From positions 2,356,001 to 2,420,000 of the forward strand of contig CM060734.1 in NCBI GenBank assembly GCA_030704615.1: 64,000 nt of DNA, written 5' to 3'. This stretch comes from Takakia lepidozioides (Eukaryota > Plantae > Bryophyta). A program made the translations under genes and the position numbers. The notes under the pieces were generated by a model, which was not told the origin of the DNA, did no database searches, and was given only the letters and a program-made list of their open reading frames with translations. Shown in pieces: positions 36,301 to 49,254 of the stretch. Each line of letters begins with the position of its first letter. Positions within the stretch are counted from its first letter, which is position 1.

Positions 36301-37150
36301 TCGAATATAGTTCGAGCCTGATGGTCCTATGATGGTGTGACACCAGCCAAGACTCAGGAGGGAGTTGAATGGCAGACTAAAACAAAGGAAATAAACAGAA
36401 GGAGATCTAAAGAAGGGGAAGGAGAAGGACACCAAGTGCAAATCTCCTCTATTTGTGCTTGATTGACATATCCATTCCTCCTCAAAATGCTACAGAAATG
36501 CTTCCACATTGGAACTCACTTGACTCGAAGTTGACTGTACAATATGAGAATGAGGAATAAAAATAGGCGAGGACTGAGATCATCCATCAAAGGGTCCATT
36601 CGTATTGGATGACAGAACTGCTGGAACTCCAGTTAAAGATTTAAGAGTCACATTCAGAGTGTACACCCAGTACAAACAAAAAGCTGGAATTCTGTATCCA
36701 TGATCAAGGGCAAGCTCAAGATAACACCATCGCAGCCATCCTCAGTATTTAGTCCCCGGTCTATTCCAAGTTGCAAATGGATGTCACATAAATTCTAAGA
36801 TTCTCAATTGCGACATGTGAGATATAGAACTTCAAGGGAGCTAGCTAAATTTTTGAACTTGAATCTTGAATCTTGCAAAATTCAACAATTGTTGGAATTA
36901 TGAGAATACAGCTCCCACCTTACACTAGATCTTGAGGTCCAGCAGCATACCTTGCATACCACAAGTTTAGAAATGCAGACCAACTTGGGCAATGACATTC
37001 AGCAACAAATTTCTGTGTTCTACGAATTCTGAGCTCACCACAAACTCACATCTCACTGTTTAAATGACAAGCCTCCTCCAGTGTAGTAAGGTTGGATCAC
37101 CTGTTGTAGGATATCTACAAGTTATTTAGATATGTTTATGGCATCAACAT

Positions 37151-38224
37151 TCAGTTGTTAGGATGAGGGGGACTAATCTTTGTGCCGTTGGCAGCCTCTG
37201 TGCCAGCCACAGCTGAAGATGAAGCATGGTCTCTTTTGACTGCCGGAGTTGACAGAGAAACTTGATGTGGGCCCTCTTTCTTTAAGGTTGTGGGCATTCC
37301 GGAAAGCTCCTGAGGAAAAGGAATAGAGAATGAGAGAACAGCCACCAGTTAGCTATAGCTACAAGTACTTGCTTGCTGCCACCACGCGGCTACAGGCTTG
37401 GAGCACCCAACTTCCCTCAAGAGATCAGATATGCATGCAGACCCATTTGCTTACTGTAGCCTTGAGACCTAACACCTGGGGACAGTTTAGGCAAAAGCTC
37501 TCGAAGAGACACATCCTTGACGCTTTATATGAACTATCGGGATTCCCCCAGAGATACTTATGAGTTTAACCATCGATTTGTTCCGTGGCAATGACAGAGC
37601 CGTACACTACGGACATAAACCCTAAAAAGCTTGGCCCTGAGGTGTAAGAGATCTGCAATGGAACTCCCAGAAATTCTCATGGCGATCGAACAAGATGGCC
37701 TTAAGGGGTGCATGATTCTAAAAGCAGGATGTAATATCAACACTGAAACTACCTTACAGAGTCGTGTTTCATTGCTGTGCGAGAGAGAGTGAGAGAGAGA
37801 GAGAGATATTTTGGTTGGCTGTTCGCAAGTGCTATAGACAGATTAGGTCTGAGTCCCGAAACCCTACTGTACCTTGAGCAGATGGAGCCGAAGCTGGTTG
37901 GGTTGCACGCACTCCCCGATGCAAGTCATCGCAAACTGCGAGTAGTGCATCAGTGCATCCGCCGCCGCTTGCTTCCTCTCCTCCACCTGCTCCAAATTGC
38001 AGGAAAAATCAAACCCTCCAAGTACAAAAAGCGTTTCCCATATATCCTAATCCAGGATCTCACTCCCGGCAGTGACACAGAAAAAACCACAGCAGGCGGA
38101 GCTCATATGCCTTGCACTCTAGAAATTCTCCCAGAATTGATCCCACAAAAACACTCAGAATACAAATGGCTTTCAATGAAGAAAACAACGATGGAGAAGA
38201 AAGGGGCACCTCATAATCGTCCAT
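37151..38224 (-). CDS. Small conserved plant protein of unknown function, 3 exons, 95 aa
   Basis: Exons 38224-38210 (MDDYE), 37986-37873 (VEERKQAAADALMHYSQFAMTCIGECVQPNQLRLHLLK), 37309-37151 (ELSGMPTTLKK...*); GT-AG introns, all phase 0; recalls the plant KQAAADVL..YSKFVMACIG..LRLHLMKEISG family. Confidence 0.8.
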
Positions 38225-39401
38225 GCAGACGAATCCCCCTGCACTCCTCGCTTGCCCTCTCTCCCTCCAATACTGCGTGCTACTTCAACATCTCTTCTTT
38301 CTAGAGCCCTCGCACGGGCACCTTATTCCTCCAACCACATTAGTACACAAAATCCTTGGTTCCCATGTTACGGGAACAACGATTGGGAGTGCCCATGCCT
38401 GAAATTGTGGATTGCTGGTGGGGCCACATTTTGCGTGGACGATGGCCCTTCACACTTTACACTGCTGCTCGTTTAATGACAAATTATTATATGGATAGAA
38501 ATCCTCTGGATAAAGAGGAGCTGGATCCATTCTGGTTCGTCTCTTTATCCAGAGGTCCTCGGACAGAATTGACCGCTTCGTTCTCTTTCCAGAAAAAGGA
38601 AATATAGATGAATGAATGATAAAGGTTAAAAGGCATCAAAATGAGTCAAGGAATATCCATTGCCTTCATTATAAAACGAGCCACTCCTTGCCGTCGGATT
38701 GTGACCGCCGTCGGATGCCGCATCGAACGGCCAATTATTTTCGAGGCACGTAGGACTTACCGGCATCGGGATCCGCGCTCCGACGGCGCCTTCAAGTAGG
38801 CCTTCCCAAAAAATTGCGTTTTCCGGGACCGTGCCTAGCCTCGGGCTTTCCGAACCTATAACCGGGCCAAGCAGCAGTAGACTAGTACGTGTGGAGCCTG
38901 CTTAGCACCATACTTAGTAATGTCCGGACCTGAACCGAACCGGAACCGAGCCTGAACCGAGCCTGGTACCGCGTTGCCCAGTAAAAGCCCAGCCGTTTTT
39001 GTAGTGGGAAGAAGGGATGAAAGGGAGAGGAAGAAGAGGGAGAGTGCCGCAATGGGAGCTCTGGTGTGAGAGTGCAGACAAGTTGAACGAGAAGAGAAGA
39101 GTGAAGGGGGAGGTGTTGGAAGTGTAGTGCGCTTATGGTGGTCTGTCGAGGAGTTACTGGGTTGTTTCGTCCTTGGAAAGAGGAGGAATGGTGGGCTATG
39201 GAGGATTGTAGCTTGGAGCTGATGGGTTGATGCCTTGTCTCGTATTTCTGAATCTGTGGGGCATCTCATTAGTTTCTCCAGGGTGCACTAAATGATTGGG
39301 TGTGCGTAGAAACCTTGAGGTCGAGGGGCAGTACATGAGAAAGGTGGAGGCAGCACAGTTTCCAGCTGTGGTATGGAGAGATGAGAAGGAGAGCATACTA
39401 A

Positions 39402-41165
39402 ATGGGAAATACTTGTATCGGAGCAGCAAATAAGAACGGCTTTTTCCAGGGTTTCGCAGGGCCCTATTCCCTTTCTTTTAGAGTGCCCGGCTTCACAAGG
39501 AATGGTCATTCGTCGCCTAATTCCCAGGTAGGAGGATATCACGACGAGGGGAACAATCCATACAGTGATCAGAGCTCACAAATGCGAAATCTTGACAGTA
39601 CTCAGCAAAGTCCTCCCATTACTAACCACATTCAGCCTATGGAATCCGTGGGTAACTACGAGCAGTTTAAGGAGGTGATTGAAGCCATGAAGAAAAGTGG
39701 GGAGGTGAAGATGACACTGGGGCAGAGCCTGACTGCATCAGTGCTACAGCCGCAGACGGAGAATCTCAAGGACTTCTACACTCTCGGAAGGAAGCTAGGG
39801 CAGGGCCAGTTTGGCACCACTTACCTGTGTATTGAGAAGTCTACTAATAATGAGTATGCTTGCAAATCCATTGCGAAAAGAAAGCTCATTTCGCAAGAAG
39901 ATGTAGATGATGTGCGGCGGGAGCTGCACATTATGCATCATTTGTCAGGGCATCCGAACATTGTGACAATAAAGGGTGCATTTGAGGACTCCACGTCGGT
40001 ACATCTAGTAATGGAGCTTTGTGCTGGGGGAGAGCTCTTTGATCGTATCATTCAGAGGGGCCACTACAGCGAGGCACAGGCTGCGCACTTGACACGAACT
40101 GTTGTGGGTGTGGTTGAGGCTTGCCATTCACTAGGCGTCATGCACCGGGACTTGAAACCCGAAAACTTTCTCTTATCCAATACGAACGAGGACGCAGCCC
40201 TTAAGGCTACTGATTTTGGGTTATCTGTTTTCTTTAAGCCTGGCGAAGTCTTTACCGATGTTGTGGGAAGTCCCTACTACGTTGCTCCAGAGGTGCTTCG
40301 CAAACACTATGGCCCTGAAGCTGATGTTTGGAGTGCAGGTGTCATCCTTTACATTCTTCTTAGTGGCGTTCCACCCTTTTGGGCTGAGACAGAACAAGGC
40401 ATTTTGGAGCAAGTGCTCAAGGGGGAGCTGGACTTTGTATCAGATCCCTGGCCACATATCTCGGAGAGTGCCAAGGACTTGATCCGGAGGATGCTCAACC
40501 CGCAACCTGCCAAGCGTCTGAAAGCTCATCAAGTCTTGAGCCATCCCTGGATTCGCGAGGATGGTGTGGCGTCAGACAAGCCCATTGACTCAGCTGTGCA
40601 GTCTCGACTGAAACAATTCTCAGCAATGAACAAACTCAAGAAGATTGCTATCCGAGTTATTGCAGAGAGTCTGTCCGAGGAGGAAATCGCAGGCTTGAAG
40701 GAGATGTTTAAGATGATGGATACGGACAATAGCGGTGCAATTAGTTTCGAGGAGTTAAAGGAGGGTCTAGAGACAGTAGGCTCCAACCTAGTGGAGGCAG
40801 ATGTGCGGACTCTCATGGATGCTGCTGATGTAGATCAGAATGGGACCATTGACTATGGGGAATTCTTGGCTGCTACGCTTCATTTAAATAAGATAGAGCG
40901 TGAGGAGAACTTGTTTGCTGCGTTTTCGTATCTAGACAAGGATAAGAGTGGTTACATTACCACCGACGAGCTGCAGCAAGTGTGCGTTGAGTTCCACATG
41001 GGTGACATAAGTGTGGAGGACCTCATTCAGGAAGTTGACCAGGACAATGATGGGCGCATAGACTACAATGAGTTTGTGACAATGATGCGAAAGGGCAATG
41101 GCGGTGTTGGGCGCACTGCCATGCGCAATAGCTTGAGCCTCTCTGATGTGTTGATGGTTGGCTAG
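39402..41165 (+). CDS. CPK: Calcium-dependent protein kinase (group I-like), intronless CDS, 587 aa
   Basis: MGNTC acylation motif, kinase motifs ([20 protein letters not shown]), junction [14 protein letters not shown], four EF-hands. Confidence 0.97.
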   Translation: MGNTCIGAANKNGFFQGFAGPYSLSFRVPGFTRNGHSSPNSQVGGYHDEGNNPYSDQSSQMRNLDSTQQSPPITNHIQPMESVGNYEQFKEVIEAMKKSGEVKMTLGQSLTASVLQPQTENLKDFYTLGRKLGQGQFGTTYLCIEKSTNNEYACKSIAKRKLISQEDVDDVRRELHIMHHLSGHPNIVTIKGAFEDSTSVHLVMELCAGGELFDRIIQRGHYSEAQAAHLTRTVVGVVEACHSLGVMHRDLKPENFLLSNTNEDAALKATDFGLSVFFKPGEVFTDVVGSPYYVAPEVLRKHYGPEADVWSAGVILYILLSGVPPFWAETEQGILEQVLKGELDFVSDPWPHISESAKDLIRRMLNPQPAKRLKAHQVLSHPWIREDGVASDKPIDSAVQSRLKQFSAMNKLKKIAIRVIAESLSEEEIAGLKEMFKMMDTDNSGAISFEELKEGLETVGSNLVEADVRTLMDAADVDQNGTIDYGEFLAATLHLNKIEREENLFAAFSYLDKDKSGYITTDELQQVCVEFHMGDISVEDLIQEVDQDNDGRIDYNEFVTMMRKGNGGVGRTAMRNSLSLSDVLMVG

Positions 41166-42584
41166 GCCTAGGGACCCAGTTTCTGTGCAAAGTATGGAGG
41201 TGTCTTTAGTCGCTCTTATCAATCTGAATAACCCCATCCATCATCTCTGCAGTCTTGAGCTGCAGGGTGGAATGCTTGCTCTCAAGAAGTATTGCAGTTG
41301 TATTCTATCAGGGTTCTCAGAGTGCAACAGGTGGTTTAGGTTTTTGAAGGGAGGGGGTAGCCGAGCTGCATTGTGAACCGAGCTGCATTTGTGGCAGAGG
41401 TGCTGTCTGAAAGCAGAAATGTAAATCTAAAGTTCCTAGTGGAAATTGCTGCAGGGAGAAAGCAAGGTAGAGGCCAGTAAACTGCCTCTTTACATGGCGT
41501 CCTGTTCTGGTAATCTGTACTGCACGTTTGTTTACTTGGACTGAAGGGAGGGCAAGGCTCAGAGTGCTGTGGTGGAATCCTTCAGTCAGTCTTTATGCCT
41601 TTTCTGAGAATGACTCGCTTCCTGTTTACCTACATGCTTATGTAGGTGTCTTGTGCAGAGCAATTTTTTTGCACAGTACTTGAGATCTTACTGGACTCCA
41701 ACATGAGGTCTGTAGGAGATGTATTATAGAAGACGACATTACCTGTTTTTTCGGTATGTTCCCTCCCAAGCTGGAGCTGGAGAAAAGTAGTTATACCTTG
41801 GGCCCTTCAACAGAACACAATTGACATTAATGGAACAGGATAACCATTAATGGGAGGATGAGGCGACTTCTCTCTCCATGCAAGCATTGTGACCTGAACC
41901 TGTTTGAACAATCTTGACATGATATGATCTGGAGTCTTGACTTTTTTAAGAGCAACCTGAAGCAACTCTTTGGAAAAGAAATTGTGCTCGCCAACTATTT
42001 GGTGTTTTGAGTTGGGCTTCGACCCTACCACATTCATTTTCAACTGTTTGAACCCATACACATTGATTGGTACAACACAAGGACCTTAGTGGACAAGTTG
42101 TAGTCCCAAGAGTTTAACTAGTACCCAAGCAGCACACAAGGTTAGTAAGAACACAGAAATCTCCAACTATTGAGAATAGCTAACTTACAACAACAGTGTG
42201 GCGTCTATATGATTTCTGCTATTAAACCTTTAGTCCCAAAACCTCATCACAATCACACAACCTCTTGCACACATGTCAACTCTCAACCAGGCAACAGTTG
42301 TGAGACTGAGTTGTCTCTCTGCGATTAGTGTGAGAAGGAATAGCTCACCTTTTGAAGTGATTTCTGCTATCAAACTCTTTGAACCCAAAACCTCTTCACA
42401 GAATCTACATACCCACAGAACACTAAAAATGGCAGATAAACTCAACAGGTCTCACTTTCACCAGAATACCATTTGGTAGAGTCAAACAGTGAACTCCTAA
42501 ACTTTTTTGAGAGAAGAACGCAAGGATGTATTTTTAACAACTATACTAGCTTCACCATCTCTCTATGGCAATCTCTTGCATTTA

Positions 42585-42880
42585 CTCTGTGTTTCCTTGT
42601 GTTCCGCTCAGACTGAGCACAGGGTCATGGCCACAAGGCTACGGCAAACATCTTATCAGTACATTCTCTGTGTTTCCTGTTTGCTGTTCAAAGGTAGCCT
42701 GAGTTTAAATTTCAGTCTAGTGCCGAGAGTGGGTAGACCCTTAAGGTCATCCAAGATGTCCTCCCCCTAGAGTCGATTAACTTAGGATATCTGGTGTTGG
42801 ACATATGTTGCAGCTGACCCCACCATCTGACCTTGAATTCATCTCTGTGTTTCCTGATCCCATCTCTGTTACCTGCACAA
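42585..42880. mobile_element. Rearranged LINE remnant just downstream of the PotD-like gene
   Basis: 42680-42770 is the reverse complement of 44800-44900; 42600-42663 is the LINE 3' end on +; KVRWWGQLQHM..RYPK on the minus strand. Confidence 0.7.
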
Positions 42881-42926
42881 CTTGATGAATGAAGTCCTCT
42901 CTCCCTCTCTCCGCCGTAACCGCGAA

Positions 42927-45900
42927 TCAAGATCTAATTCTTCTTGAACGGGCCCACTGTAAGCACCCTTGGAAAGCACCCTTGAGGAACTCTAAGAGCC
43001 CACTAGGCCAACCTTGCACCTCCACAGGCTCAGACAATAACCATTCGTAATCAGCCACAGCCTGTTCACTTAATGGCTCCAAAAACTCACTCTTAGCTAC
43101 AATGTCTTGGGGGGGCATTCCGTTGATAATATTGGTTTCTATCTTAGGCCCAACCTTCACTTCCTCTTTTCTGGTGATACTAATTGTTGCCAAATGACTT
43201 CCTGCTGCCTCTGCTTCCTCGAAGTGTTCTGATTGGTTAGGTTTGTCTAGACTAGCCCCATTGGCTTCACACTCAGGCTCTCTCGAAAGATAGAGAGGGG
43301 AAGCTCCTACAAACACATCTTGTTGGAATGTAATGGCTCGAGCTGGTTGAAGGCAAAAATCCAGCCATTGGAAAGTCAGAGGAGACGGGCCCCGGACACG
43401 ACCTCCAACTTTGTCACTTCTGAAGGAGGTGGTTGCCGGAATAGCCTGTCTCAGCCAATTGAAGAACACAAAAGTGGTCAGCCGCTTCCCTGTCTCGATT
43501 CAACAAGGACGAGAGAAGAACATGTCCGTTCATCATGTCCAAGTTCAATCTCAAGCACAGTATCAGCACTACGTCTCTCACACAAACAGTTGTCACATCT
43601 GTTCTCAGGCCTTCCTTAGGGCATAACAGGTCTTACCCAGAGGTCTGCCCAGAGGCTAGTGCCAGACTGAGGGGCAATGACAGCAACATGAGAGGAGCGC
43701 TTCGCAAAGAGAATAACATCACTTGACCATCCCACTGCTACCCACACATCCCCAGCAGCCATGGCCTTCAAGTACTGGACGTCGTCAAACAATCGAATCT
43801 GCAACCCAGACCAAACCTGTAGTTGAAGTATAACCTGTATGACCTATAACTCTGTGTCCTCCATTGGCTGTAAGATGGCTGTGGAAGCTCTGAATGAAAG
43901 ATTAACTTGCATGGGGTTATATTCCACATGTCGATTAACCAGTAACAGGCAATGCTTGACAAAGGTAACCCTAAATGAGTCAGGAGAGGTGTACTACATG
44001 ACACCAATCTCCAAGATGTCAAGGTCTAACCCTCCTTCACAGGCATGCCCTGCAATATAGCACAATGATGTCCAGAATCTGAAGCAGTCAGAAAGGGCGA
44101 AAGACTCATTGGATGTTCCTTGAAAACTATTTGGCGCTTATGACCGTGCTTCCTTTCTGGAAGTACTATGAGATATCTCTCTGCACTACCTCCCTAAAAG
44201 GATTCTCCAATGACATTAATCACGAGATAAGTGACTGCGAGAGTGAAGCACCTCCTCTAATGTAGAATGATTAACAGGATGTTTTAGGAACTCAAGATAG
44301 ATTGAACGAGTGTGCTATAGATCCTCTCACTTGGACATTGTCGGTGACAGTCATGAACTGCCAGTCCGTCCTCACTTCTCATAAGAAGCTCTCATGATCT
44401 CTGCCTCATCTCTTCCTCATCTAAGCCAGCTCCCCAGAACATAACAAAACAGCCTCCAAGAGAGAGGATAGTCCTATAACTCGTTCAAATGTATTTTATA
44501 CTATATTACTTAAAAAGTCCTGAAAAGTGAGACTGATGGAACTGGTGCCGAACACAACCTTTATCCAACCATCAATATGTCAATGGTATATAGAACTAAC
44601 CTCTCTGGAACAACTCACGGTGTTTAATGAGATGGAGAGAAACTGGACCAAAAAGTGCAACTGTTTACTATTTCTCAGATGCCAGGCTACTGCCAGCACA
44701 TTTAAGTAAAAATTGACAATCTGACAATGGACCTGCCATAGAAATTACACCTGTTCCCTTTCTCTATCCTTTCCCTGAACTTGTTTCCAGTCTGTGACAT
44801 GGGGGAGGACATCTTGGATGACCTCAAGGGTCTACCCACTCTCGGCACTAGACTGAAATTTAAACTCAGGGCAGGAAGCCTACCTTTGAACAGCAAACAG
44901 AAGCAGAGAGGAAAGGGAGAGTGCAATTGCCCGTTGTGTGGGCAATCTGAAGACAGAATTCATTTTCTGATACACTGTCCGGGGTTCTCTCACCAAAGAG
45001 ACGCTCTCTTCAAATCTATTAAGGGAATTGTGCCTGTACCCCTGTTTACCAACTTTGAAAGACGCGAGGCTGAGCCAAAAGCCCAGGCCCTCCTGAGGCC
45101 TAGTTTTTGGGCAACTCACACACAGCAGATTGATGCTTGTGTGAAGGGATGTCTAGAGGATATCTGGAAAACCCGGATTAATTCTTTATATGGAGGTAAG
45201 TCTTACTACCAACGTCAGCCCCTGACAGAGGTAGGTTCTGTCCCTTTTGTTCCCGCTCAAACTGGGCGCGGGGTCAATGGCCACAAGGCTACGGCAAACA
45301 ACGTCTTATGAGTACAATCTATCCTTTCCCTAGCTGGTCCAACAAGAATTTTGGAGAGAGATGCATTGACCATTCCTGAAAACCTTGGTTAAGACATGCC
45401 CCCAGGGGGAACTCATATACACCACCATCACATAAAAGTTAGCCCCAAATTGCCAAACTGTATATACATGTGCACCAAAATACTGATTGTAGGGTTCATC
45501 AAGTATTGCATGAACATCATCCCAGAAAGCATACAGCAATTCCAGCACTGCTTAGAAGTACAAAAAAAATAAAGAGAACAATCTACATTGAGTGAAGCTT
45601 TTTCTCTGTGAAGAGGAGACCTGTTTCTGCAAAGAAACGAAGCGCTCCTTTACAGCTTCTCTTCCACCTGGAACATCCCTGTTAAAGTCTTGTGTGTTAT
45701 ATGATGCCCCTATAGACTTCAGGACAGAACCCACAACTTCCCTGGGAGAGTTTACCATAGCAACCATCCCAGCTAGCTGTGGAATCCATAGGTCTGCCCA
45801 GTCCTGCACCAAAAAAACCGTTGTTGTTATAAGGAAGAGAGTATTCGTTATAGCAGAGATAGATACTCTCATTAGATAAAGTACCATCCAGGATATTAAC

Positions 45901-48827
45901 CAGTCTGTGGGTTTCACCCACTTGGGGATGAAATCCAACATGTACATTATGCTTGGGCTGGATAAAATGCAAATCAATACCTTTGAGAGAACAATTTGAG
46001 TCAACTCAGGCCCAAAACACTCACCGTAATGGGGGTAATTCCGTTTTTCTTGAATTTATCTGTTCGATAAGCAATCACCAAACTACCCCATCGGTAGGGA
46101 ACGCCCCACACTGGTCCATTGGGATCAACCATGCCTTTCTTGTTCCTCCGCAAAAAATTCTGAAGGCAAAAGGCCAAGTAGCAGTGAGTCTTGTAGCAAT
46201 CACTCAGATTGTATCCCTCTCAACCTCCACCACTCAATGTCACAAAAGAGGTTGAGACTCCGTCATAAGCTGTGAGAGAGCCAAAGCAGTTGAAACCCTT
46301 AGGGTCACCCCAACCGAGAAAGATGACTATCTAGCACACAAGACTACAGTACTTGAGAAGCTGCTGAACCTTACAGTCATCTCTCTATCCTCCACCCACA
46401 CTTCCAAAAGAGAGACAATCTCAACAAAGATAACAGCAAAACCTGTGATGCAACTGTACTTGGGTGGAAACAACTACTCTCACAACCCCAGAAGAAAAGT
46501 CATGCCTGCCATTTTGGGTGCAAACGCTGGAACCAATCAAATTGTTCGGGATTTTTTATGGGCTCTATGAGCCCCCCTTGCACTGCAGTGGTCAGCCATG
46601 AGTCCCCCACTGTCACAAGATCAGCTGCCATAGCCGACTGAGATGTGAGCTTTCGCTGTTCTAGCGCTGATGCTAGGTCAGCAAGAATTGCCTGTAGACT
46701 TCCCGGAAACTTTGCTACCAGCTTCACCCTTTTGCCTTGTGACTCCATGAATTCCTGCACCAATATACACTTAGAATGTACTCATACGATGTTGATTGCC
46801 GTAGCCTTGTCGCCATAGACCCCACGCCCAGTTTGGGCGGAACTAAAAGCATACGCTTAGAGAGGGACAGGTGTACTTCTAACCTTTGACTGTGAAGGTT
46901 GACTAAAGATAGTCCCATATACCCAAAAGAAATTTTGGGATTCTCTCAAAACTTGCTACTGAGTTTCCAATGTTCACAACAAGCCCATGACTACAAGGCT
47001 GATGAGTGTCGAGTTTAGAATGAAGACAGTCAGACCACAGGGGTGGGAGAGGGGATATGAGAGCACAAGCAATGTAAAGCTTGAATTATTGGATTAGGTG
47101 CAGGAACTCACAAGACTGCATGCGCAACAATCCTTTATTTCCGCAATGTAGAATGCCAGAGTATGGAGGTTTACCTTGAGCCAAATTGGGGGAACTGACC
47201 CTCGAAGGCCCACAATACGGAGTGGCACTGTTAAAGCATACGGCTGTGACCTCCATTCTTCATAGGCCTTCTTCAGCTCCTTCTCTGTTTCTGCGTCCAC
47301 TTCTCCCAGCGGTGTCTCCAATGCCACGTTCCCACTCTCTGGTCTCCTCTAAACGTTAGTGATCAATGAATTTACCCACAAAAACTCACCTAATGTGTCA
47401 TTTAGGCTCATAATCTGTGCTTGCGTTGTGGCCGGCATAGATGGCGGGACCACGCAGGGTGGAGAACAGAGAGGAGATTGGCCTGGAACATTAAGGGCAT
47501 TGCCTACCATCATGGAAGGCTCACCCTTGTAGGCATACTTACTATGCATAGATTATTCTGAACTTCCAAAAATTCTCCGCTACTCTTTGCAATGACCATG
47601 GAATGAAACCAGAGCCTGTCACACTGGGTAGCTGCAAGTGTAATGGGAGTTTTTGTATGCTTGCAAACATGGTATCTTTTTAATGCGAACACCCTCTACA
47701 CAGACAATCCAGAGAGGTCAGACCTCAGTACCGTTTTCCAGTACGATTGCACTGCCCACATCACCAGCCTCGTCCAAGCCTTCCAGCTCTTGCAGAGCTG
47801 AAAGTTCCTCATCACTATAGCCGTTGTCCCCAAGTTCTTCATTTTCATCCTCCTCTTCATCTTCATCTTCATCTTCGCCTTCCTCAACGTCATCAGTCTC
47901 CTCGATGTCATCAGTCTCCTGCGCTTGCCCCTTGTCACCCACAACCTCCAAACCAGTCAAATCCATCTTGGGGGAATCCACCTCGCCTGTTTGATCGCCC
48001 CCAAGATCTCCACGGTTCCCTTGTTCAGTTTGCAGACCCAATGGTTCTACGGCCTCCGATCCCTTCTGCCTTCTATCTTCCAATTCCACAGGAGACTCTG
48101 ATTCTTTTTTAGCAGTCACTACGTCTTTAGATGGAGACTGCAAATCAATTCCAGACACTACCGAAGATACAGATGCAAAACAAGGAAGGGATCTTCGTTT
48201 AATAATGTTTGGCGGGCCTGAAATCGATGCCGCAGCTGCACCCACCCCGATTCCGAGCGCAAGTATCGTAACAACGCCAATAAGTTGCAGTCTGGCCATA
48301 CCATTCACTATGAACTCGGTCAATCCACCCTCCAGACCTGCATTTCTTTCAACTTTCATATTGTGCCGAAAAGCTCCCCTTACTCTGAAATTGATACCAG
48401 AGATCCCCACTGAATTTGAAGATATTTCAGACTCGGCCTGATCTACAGTTACGGTTTCCTTCGTAGCTGAAGCCCAACACTCATTGTCATCACCACAGCT
48501 TATTGGAAGAGTACCGACAACGCTGGTTGAGCACCAAACCCGCCTGTGGCATGCCTCATTTCTCTTAAGACGATGTTGGAGTCGTCTTTTTTCTTTCACC
48601 CGCAGCCCTGGGGCCAAGCTACAACTAGGAGCATTAAACAGTTCACTGTCTATACCGTAGACGCCTGTTAATCTGTGAGATGAGACCACTGACACCTTGA
48701 TGCATTCGTTGCAATGATTTGAGCCATAAACCCCTGACACATTCTCCTTCCCGCACCAAAACGATGACCCAAGAGGTGGCCATTGTCCTGTTCTCAACAC
48801 AGAAGAAATAGCTTGCAAAGTGGCCAT
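42927..48827 (-). CDS. Plastid spermidine/putrescine-binding periplasmic (PotD)-like protein, ENF2-like, multi-exon
   Basis: YALTVPLRIVGLRGSVPPIW; ADLVTVGDSWL; VWGVPYRWGSLVIAY; DWADLWIPQLAG; GDVWVAVGWSSDV; SGTSLWADLW; SEFLEPLSE. Exons approximately 48827-47722, 47350-47175, 46757-46506, 46159-46025, 45804-45621, 43800-43636, 43550-42927. Confidence 0.88.
44795..45315 (+). mobile_element. 5'-truncated LINE 3' region (zf-RVT CCHC finger) in an intron
   Basis: RLKFKLRAGSLPL...CPLCGQSEDRIHFLIHCP; its 3' end is shared with 20455-20560, 42600-42663 and 46775-46845 (minus). Confidence 0.8.
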
Positions 48828-49254
48828 CGATTCTAACGCCTGTCAAGCACGGCCTCTTTAGAAACGCCCGAGCTTCCGCGTTTCACATTTTGGTATGGAA
48901 GAGAATCTTCGAATCATAACATTCCTTCTCCTAATCCCACCGAATCAGACTCCCCAACCCTCTCTACAAAACGATATGAAGAGGCACGAAAATCGTTCTA
49001 CTTGAACTCCAGAAGATAAACCTTCTTTTCAAATATGAACAGGGATCCAGACGCTCTGTTGTCCGAAAGATTTGTACAAGAGCTGTTTCACAAGCATACC
49101 AAGGAGGTCACACTAATAACCCCCCACAAGAGTCGTTAAACCCTGCGCCTGTAATCTGTGTGAAGAGGATGACCACACCAATGTCCATCCTAGAATCCCT
49201 TTCCCCTCTGTATATTTAATTTCAGAATCACTATCACCTTAATCCTATTTATTA

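Noticed and set aside
37777-38304. 175-aa + strand ORF
   Set aside because: Antisense to the spliced 95-aa gene; starts in a GA microsatellite
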